A DNA stretch of 47,833 nt from Paraglomus brasilianum (lineage: Eukaryota): the NCBI GenBank assembly GCA_910592345.1, contig CAJVPI010000159.1, positions 1 to 47,833 of the forward strand, given 5' to 3'. Position 1 is the first letter of the stretch. Each line of letters begins with the position of its first letter. The notes under the pieces are model-generated. The model had not been told where the DNA came from. It made no database searches and was given only the letters and a program-made list of their open reading frames with translations. Made by a program: the position numbers and the translations under genes. This document shows positions 39,793-47,833 of this stretch, piece after piece.

Positions 39793-42467
39793 ATGTCGAC
39801 AGCACAAACCGAAACGACTCTAATCAACACTCGCGCCGGCGGTGTGTACATACCGCCGGCACGCCTGCGAATGATGCAGCAACAGATCACTGATAAGAAC
39901 TCTGCAGAATATCAGCGCATAACTTGGGAAGCTCTTAAAAAGAGTATAAACGGTTTGATCAACAAGGTCTTTATCAACTACATATGGCCTTCATTCTGAT
40001 TTCTCGGATTCTACTTGCAACGCTTTACTAAAATAAGCTATTTGTTTTCTCTACTAACCAATAGGTTAATACATCAAACATAAAAAATATTATATTTGAA
40101 TTAATAAATGAGAATCTTATTCGTGGTCGCGGTCTTTTTGCACGATCCATAATGAAAGCTCAAGCTGCATCATTACCGTTTACTCCTGTATATGCCGCAT
40201 TAGTTTCTGTTGTTAATACAAAATTTCCGCAAGTAGGAGCATTGCTATGCACGAGGTTAGTTGTGCAATTTAGAAAGGCTTATCGAAGAAATGATAAGGT
40301 AAATCTTTGGAAATAAGCCACTGGAATTCTAGACTTTCCAACCTGGACTCATCAAAAATGAATTCTTTTAAAGTACTTTACGATATCCGTTTTATTATAC
40401 TCGATTCACTAACCGACATACGTATGTCTTTCTATATACAATCACAATCAACCATAACAGACAGCCTGCTTGGCAACGACTACGTTCATAGCACATCTCT
40501 GTAATCAAAGCGTATTGGACGAATTAGTCGCTCTCCAAATTCTCGTCCTTCTTCTCGAACGTCCTACCAACGATTCGGTCGAAATAGCTGTTGGCTTTAT
40601 GCGAGAAGTAGGTGCACTTCTTGCTGAAGTTAATCCAAAGGCTAACAACAGCGTGTACGATCGTTTTCGTGCCATTCTTCACGAGGGTAGTATCGATAAA
40701 AGAGTGCAATATATGATTGAGGTACTTTTCCAATTACGCAAAGACAAATACAAAGAAAACCCAATGATACCCGATGGTCTGGATTTAGTAGAGGAAGGCG
40801 AGCAGTGTATACATCACCTTGCGCTTGACGATGAGTTGGATGTGGAGGAGGAATTGGGTGTGTTCAGATATGACCCTGATTACCTAGCAAACGAAGAGAA
40901 GTATAAAGAAATTAAAAAACAGATATTGGGCGAAGTTGAGGAAGAGAGTGAAGGGGATAGCGATGAAGATAGTGATGAGGATAGTGACGAGCATAGTGAT
41001 GAAGGCGGGATCGAAGGTGAGTACATGTTGTGCATGAAAAGATTTCTTTTCAGAATGATACAACGGGTGGAGCTAGTTGAGTATTGCTTGCTAATGACGT
41101 TTGTTATTTCAGATGCTGCTCAAAAAATTGAAATTCATGATCGAACCAATACAAGCATAATACATTTGAGAAGAACAATATATTTGACAATAAAATCAAG
41201 TGTGGATTATGAAGAATGCTGTCATAAACTTATGAAATTAAATATAAAAGAAGGACAAGAGGTTAGTTGAATTGAAGTGAGGCAACAATAAGAATATTTC
41301 TATTTAATGCTATTTATTGCTTCTAACTATTACAAGTAATATAGCAATATTCATCTCTGCAATACTGATGATAATGCGTTATACATATTTTCAATTCTTA
41401 GTTAGAGCTCGCCAACATGATAATAGAATGTTGTTCACAAGAACGCACATACGAGAAATTTTTCGGACTAGTTGGCGAACGTCTTTCCAAACTAAACATT
41501 GTTTGGGCTAGATCCTTTGAACAATGTTTTGTCCAATACTTTACCACAATCCATCGATATGAAACAAATCGCCTTCGGCAAATTTCCAAATTTTTCGGTC
41601 ATCTTCTTGCCACAGATGCAATCTCGTGGGAAGTAATGAAGGCTATCCAGTTGACTGAGGAGGACACAACTAGCAGTTCGAGAATCTTTGTTAAGATTCT
41701 TTTTGAAGAATTAAGTAGTAACTTTGGAATAGTGAAGTTGAGGGCGAGATTGCAAAGCGAAGAGATGAAGCCATTCGTTGGTGGACTATTCCCGACGGAT
41801 AATCCGAAAAATATGCGATTTGCTATTAACTACTTTACCAGCATTGGGCTCGGTGCATTAACCGAAGAGTTAAGAGAGCATTTGAAGGTAAGTCAATGGA
41901 ATACGACTAAGGGGAAAGAATGGCGGGGACAAGAACTTTCAGCTATGTGCTGTCTCGAAGTAAATATATCGTAATTACCTAAAACGATTATGTATCGTTC
42001 CTGCGATGTGACATGACACAACCATGACATGATCATAAGTGTGTCTCTCGGTCGCCATCAATTTGACTGTAAATCTTGGTTTGCTACATCAAGTGTACAG
42101 TGTTCACGACTCTCCATAAACTTTTGCAAAAGCATTCAATCTGATTCATTATAGTTCGTGGAACTAATGGCTTTGGCGACCTGTCTTAACTTTCCTTTTA
42201 CTTTTTTATGCTCAATAGAATGCTCCAAAATTGTTAATGACGCAGAAAAGAAAACTCTCTTCCTCCTCATCCGGCTCAGATGAAGATGATTCTTCCTCGT
42301 CAGCAAGTTCTTCAGGGTCAGAGACCGACTCAGATGCAAGTGGTTCTGAAACTGAAAGTGAAAGTGAAAGTGAAACTGAATCTGAGAGTGAAGATGAGAG
42401 ATACAGGAAGAGACGTAGGAAGAGTAGCTACGATAGAAATCGTGACGCAAAGACTCGCAAAAGGTGA
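39793..42467 (+). CDS. CWC22: Pre-mRNA splicing factor CWC22 (MIF4G + MA3), about 615 aa, 6 exons
   Basis: Exons 39793-39966, 40065-40298, 40461-41016, 41113-41261, 41402-41887, 42219-42467. Motifs [46 protein letters not shown] and [13 protein letters not shown]. Confidence 0.95.
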
Positions 42468-43792
42468 TTTGTAATTTAATACACAGAATAAAGACTATTA
42501 TGGAATAATACAGGTGAACTCGATAAGATAATAAACTGTGTTGTTTCTTAATTAATACAGTTAGGCTCGAAATAACCTTGTAAATTAGTTTGTCTTGAGG
42601 AATCAATTCGCGCTTGTCTATTTGACTTTGCAAATATTGCATTCCTGACAAGAACTATTTGCTCTCAGGGCGATTTGATGCCCAGATGCTTTGTAATGCA
42701 ACTTCTTCAATCTCAATTGTTTCCCTATCACAATCTTTGGTTTATCTCATGGATAAGAGGTTGTTCGTCAGGTACAAAAACATCTCACCAAGAGCCGTCA
42801 ATTACGCTATTCCAATTGATTGCGTAATTGAATCGTGGATGACATAGATTGTTGCGACTATGCCTATTTCCAACAATAAGTGTGTCTCCAAAGATTTCAG
42901 GTATTTACAAATCGAAGGATGCGTGTTGTTCAAAAGTGCCAAAGTCTTCGAGCGATACGTTGACCGCCCCTCTACTGCCTTATTATGATGCTTGGATGCT
43001 TAATGACATTAAGAACATATACTAGAATTGGCTGGCTTACAACTTAATGCTTAATTGTCCAACTACAACGCAACTGCGTTTCTTGCGGCTTATCGCGTCG
43101 TTCAGATGTCCCCAGGATATTCAATTCAATTCAGTTGACATGACGAAAGTTCATATTAATCGTGTCTTCAGACTTTTGTTTAGAGGCCATCTTTAAAGTC
43201 GATTGAAAAGTGTCATTTACTGTTACTTGACTGATAGCCATACAATAAACATAACTCATCATTAAGAGAAAAAACAATGATCTTTTTTAACGTAATTAAA
43301 TTGCTACTCTCAGAAATAATGGTGGACTCGTATCAATATTAGAATGATGGTAGGTAGCATCGAGTATGGTTAGTGTGATGCTTCACGCAAAAGAATATTT
43401 TGTAATAGAAAAACGGTTACAAAAATGATGGTATATTTCTTGAAGCAGTAAAGGCCGTGTAAACGCTCGATTTGGGAACCGCAGAATACTCAACAAAAAA
43501 AAATAAGTTGATGTAAATAAATAATGAGAGCTTCTACACTATATTATATTGTATAATATTTAATACATACTGCTTTGGATAGAAAAAGAAGATTGGGATC
43601 ATGGATGCATCAAATATCAATGATATTTTTAATCAGCAAAAAACCAGATCGATATTGTTATGATTTTAATGTTATCTGATGAATTACGCGAAATAAACAT
43701 TTTACTAGCCGCGAATGCCTCGCGATATACAAATAACAAATTTAGAGTAATCATTTTACGAGTTGAACGGCTCTCGTGTTGAATCACACAGA

Positions 43793-44718
43793 TTAATATG
43801 GAAATTGCACCTCCTTTCCCTCCGTGTTCCAATAAATAAATTTGATATTAAAGTAATAAAATATGACGCTCAAGGCCAGCAATTCCTTGTCTTTCCAATA
43901 TTTTGCATTAATAAGGATATTACGTCTGTAACCATGCTGTCCTTTACATGAAATGTGATAAAGACCGCCGAGGCAATTTTTTACCGGTTCCATGGGCATG
44001 TTATAAACTCGGCATAGACGTTGCAAAAGTGTTTTGAATCTTTTTTGTTCAGGCAACCGTTGTAGTACGCTTTCAACAGGTTCGGCTGTCTCGAAAGGCT
44101 TACCTTCTGTCAAAACAATCTATTGAAGCAAAACTATTGTGAATAAAAACAAAAGTATTTGATGAATATATAAAGATTTGGCCTTACTCGTCTTCTAATA
44201 TATTCCAAAGCTGATCTAACATTGCGAATTCTTCCACATCTGAAAAGTCTTGCTGTGTACTGAACGTGCTCAGCCTTCTTTGCTTGTTTATCAACCAAAT
44301 TTGACAGGTTTTCAGCCAACTCCTTATTCTTTTCTAACATTTCTCCATATTCTTTCTTCTTTTTCTCTAAGATTTGTATATAGGCTTCTCTTACTTTTAA
44401 TCCTTTCACTAGTTGACTAATCTCCTTCTCCAAGTCTTGTATATGTTCGTCATAATTCTGCTCTAACTGATTACAAATTTCCATCTGATAGTTTTTTAAC
44501 AATGATACTGTTTTATTAATTGCTTCCTTTGAGTTAAATGCATCTGTCCACTGTGTCAATTCTTTGAGTTGGAGATCCCGTCTGTGTTCTTTTGTCATAG
44601 CACCACCATCATTAGTGGAAAGGTGCTTTCGTACAAAGTGAGCCAACTCTTTTCTGGGGTAACAGACGACACGATATTGTAGTGCACGAGGCGCAAACTG
44701 GCGAGAAGAGGAAAACAT
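43793..44718 (-). CDS. Hypothetical protein, about 285 aa: mitochondrial-type presequence, coiled coil and C-terminal LYHxxxKxxHG domain
   Basis: Exons 44718-44188 (CGA|GTAAGG) and 44119-43793 (CAATAG|ATT) join two ORFs in frame. The N-terminus MFSSSRQFAPRALQYR is Arg/Ser-rich and lacks acidic residues. Confidence 0.7.
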
Positions 44719-45151
44719 TATCGGTTATTTTTTTCTATGCAGCGACAGAAGTATGATCTGCTGCTAGATGCTACTCTAACTTATACACGTAAAACTCAGC
44801 TCACAGGATGTAACGTGACAATATCCAGTACGTGTTTCTCTAAATGGAACATCATGTGATCAAGCTAATCAAAATGCAAACTGACCCTTGTAGTTGGTGT
44901 AACTTATTTCTAAGTTATATAATTTATTCTTGGTTTCGTTAACTTGTTCCTGATACTCCAAGTGGTAAAAGTATTGCACAGTCATGCCTTTAGACCACTT
45001 ACTTCATCAATCACCTAACTCAAAAATTAATACAGCATGTCGTGAAGTGAATTAGTAAAATGCTCAATTTTCTGCACCTCAAAAAAGTGGTAAAAAAAAA
45101 AACTAGCTAGGCGCAAGAACACAACAATCGCACGATCTAATGATATGAAAT

Positions 45152-45277
45152 AAATCGATACATGATAAAATAATTGATACATGATAAACAAATCGATACA
45201 TGATAAACAAACATCGATACATGATAAACAAGTGGATCCATAATAAACAATTGATACATGATAAAAATTGATACGTG
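45152..45277. repeat. About 19-bp minisatellite (AATCGATACATGATAAACA), about 7 copies
   Basis: Repeated GATACATGATAAA core. Confidence 0.88.
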
Positions 45278-45384
45278 TTTGAGGCGGACAGATTCCACCA
45301 ATGATTACCCGTAGAAAACATATATTCTTCTCTTTCTTTGGCCATAACTGACCATTAATCAAAATCAGTCAGTGATGAAGCTGA

Positions 45385-46085
45385 ATTGATTCAGACATAA
45401 AGTATCGTCCCTATTGGTAGGAGCAGGATATCTTTTTTAGGGGGAAGTACGTCGAATTACTCTTATCAAATGGCAGGCATATCTGGATTAAAGATTAAAC
45501 CGAACAAATACACATATGTATATATGCAAGATTCAATAAGATTCTTGTATTATCGAAAAGGAGGAATTGCAATACCATCGTCTCATTCTTACCTCATGCT
45601 TATTTGGATAACCCAAAGGATAACGATGTCTGACGGGTATTGGACTTTTCAGCATTCTCACAATTACCCATAGAACGCATATCGATATGCGCATCATTCT
45701 TCTTCTCTAGCAATAATTGACTTTTAATTGATGCCGGTGATGGAGCCAAACTTGAGTTAAGAGTGATCGGACATAAAGTATTCTTCTATTGGTATTATTG
45801 GTAGGAGCGGGAGGCTGTCTTGTTGAATCGGGGTTGGAGGCTGGTGTTGTCTTGCGCACGACAGCAGATTGACGTCGACTCACTTGAACTACCCACGTCT
45901 TTATTTGATGCCGCCTCTAGCGACTCTCAAATTTTTTGGTTGGGGGATACGTCAAATTATTAAGGCCAAATACAACATATTAATATGTATCTATTATATT
46001 ATGCAAGATTCGATTAGATTATGGTATTATCGGAAAAGGGATTGCAATGATGTTGCCTAATTCTTACCTCACGCTTATTTGGATA
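45385..46085. repeat. Diverged tandem segmental duplication (about 45385-45610 vs about 45763-46085)
   Basis: Shared blocks GACATAAAGTAT, TATTGGTAGGAGC, ATGCAAGATTC and ATTCTTACCTCAYGCTTATTTGGATA in the same order. Confidence 0.75.
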
Positions 46086-46713
46086 TACGGTTAGTGCGAA
46101 AGGGCAGAATGTTCGCTCTTGTGAAAACCCCTTTTGTCGGTTGTATGGTCGATAAACCGTGTTTATTGAGTGTTGAGAGTTCGTTGCTTGTGAGTTGTAG
46201 CAAACTGTTGTATGTGCGTATACGGAGTGGTAGTAAACGCTTGTTGCATTATATTTAAGCAACGTTGCGTATGAATGTGATGTCTATAAGAAAATAAATT
46301 TTATTAGTTTTATAGTTTGGAATATAACCATAAACAACTGAAACGGGGCATGTACCTGCAAATATGTGACTGTGTCGACAGGTAGAACATACTTCAATAG
46401 AAGTAGAATTAGAGAAAGTATGTGTTTGTTCTACCGTCGTATGCTTCCTAATAAGATACAGACGTTAGCCTCCAAATACCCAATTTCTATTGCGCGGAGA
46501 ACCTTACTTACTTGCAGGAAAGCGCTTATTAGCTCTACTACTACTCGCCACTGTATAAAAAAAATACCATCTGACGACAACTTTACAACCAATCGTACAC
46601 TGTGGGACCATGATATATTTGTTGCACAACTGATAAGATTCAGCCTTTCTGCCCCCTCCAATAAAAACGATAGAATGTTTCGTAACGCCATATCGAATCT
46701 TCGCATCAAGCAT
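46068..46713 (-). pseudogene. Possible degenerate F-box-like gene
   Basis: TATATAAA at about 46750 followed by DMALRNILSFLLEGAERLNLISCATNISW, which is F-box-like. An exon-like block 46283-46068 has an acceptor and a GTAAGA donor. I could not assemble a full ORF. Confidence 0.3.
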
Positions 46714-47833
46714 ATCAACCACTACTTGTATTATTAAGTGGATTTTATATAGGTCATGGGCTAACCCTACAGTAATTATAATGGAAATATCTTATTTCTA
46801 GAATAAATTATATACTGATACGGGTGAACGATCAGTGGATGAAAATAAATGTAAAACACTCATTTGAAACGTCGAGTCTTTTAGATTTATTTAATGACAA
46901 GTTAGCATAATATTCTTTCCAGTAAAAAGCTCTCAGCGCGTTTTAATGGAGTTGACTAAATTAATTAGAACCGTATCGACACCATTTCTCCTTCATAAAT
47001 TGCTCATAGAGATGGCAGCATCTAGTCGAATGCCACACGTAGGTCAGCATTACTTCCATTATGTAAAACGTCGCCAGTTTAATTTTAATATTGCTGAAAG
47101 TGATATGTTAGTCAGAGTGTGCAATTGCTTTGCTAACACCATCGTTCCACAGTGTAATGGGGCAAATTGCGTAACCACGTAAATTTGTGCTATAAATTTG
47201 TTGAATTTGACGCTGCTGCAAACCAATTTAATTGACTTCGTTTCATATTATTTATTTTTTCTTTTTCTATAACACGCAGTAATCGCCGTATGGGTAGATC
47301 ATCTCTACTCTATGTTGCCATTACGATTTCGTTTTAAAAACATTAGCGTTGTCTGAATGACAGACCACTTTCTGCTTTCACGAATGATATCACCAACCAC
47401 AACATAATTTCTGCATTAGTAAAAGAAGGATTGCTTAAATTTGCCTGTTAATGCGTTTAGGTGTCACCATGTCTGTATTCTCTTGGATTGCGTGGTAATA
47501 ATTAATTATTAGATACCGTTATAAGCACTTTTTTTTTCTATAGGTATACGATATATCGAAGGTAAGTATCAGGTAAATATCATACGTAAGTATCGGGTAT
47601 AGAATATAACATAGGTTGGTATCAGGTATATATCTTATATATATATATCGGGTAGTATACCATAGGAAAGAGTTTTATTTTCCCCTTAGAGTATAGCGAC
47701 AAGTATGATAAGTAGAGCAATTATTAAATTTACGTAGTATCTCTATTTTAAAGGTAAAAAAAAACGTCGAAAAAACTGTTATAATTTTAGTAAAGTCTAG
47801 TAAAGTCTCGATGTCAAATATATGGTTTATAAC

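Noticed and set aside
42136..42651. 171-aa minus-strand ORF
   Set aside because: Largely antisense to the low-complexity last exon of CWC22.
45152..45277. Repeat array as CRISPR
   Set aside because: No unique spacers, no cas genes, eukaryotic context; it is a minisatellite.

Overview
AT-rich, intron-containing eukaryotic DNA, most consistent with an early-diverging fungus (Mucoromycota, probably Glomeromycotina; inferred from gene style, not proven). Eleven spliced protein-coding genes can be rebuilt with GT-AG junctions: a TBC RabGAP, an internal-F-box protein, a TspO/MBR-like membrane protein, RFC4, MYG1, proteasome beta1 (PRE3), HSF1, a head-to-head pair of paralogous cytochrome P450s, CWC22 and a putative mitochondrial coiled-coil protein. 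The gene-poor stretch at 4.2-17.9 kb holds DNA-transposon relics, including a MITE nested in a foldback element. It also holds a decayed third P450 copy with its promoter, which the ORF track misses. The best candidates for new biology are the F-box protein whose C-terminus resembles a catalytically degenerate Ras/Rab-like GTPase, and the coiled-coil protein with a possible HEPN-like motif. No tRNA, rRNA or CRISPR array was seen.
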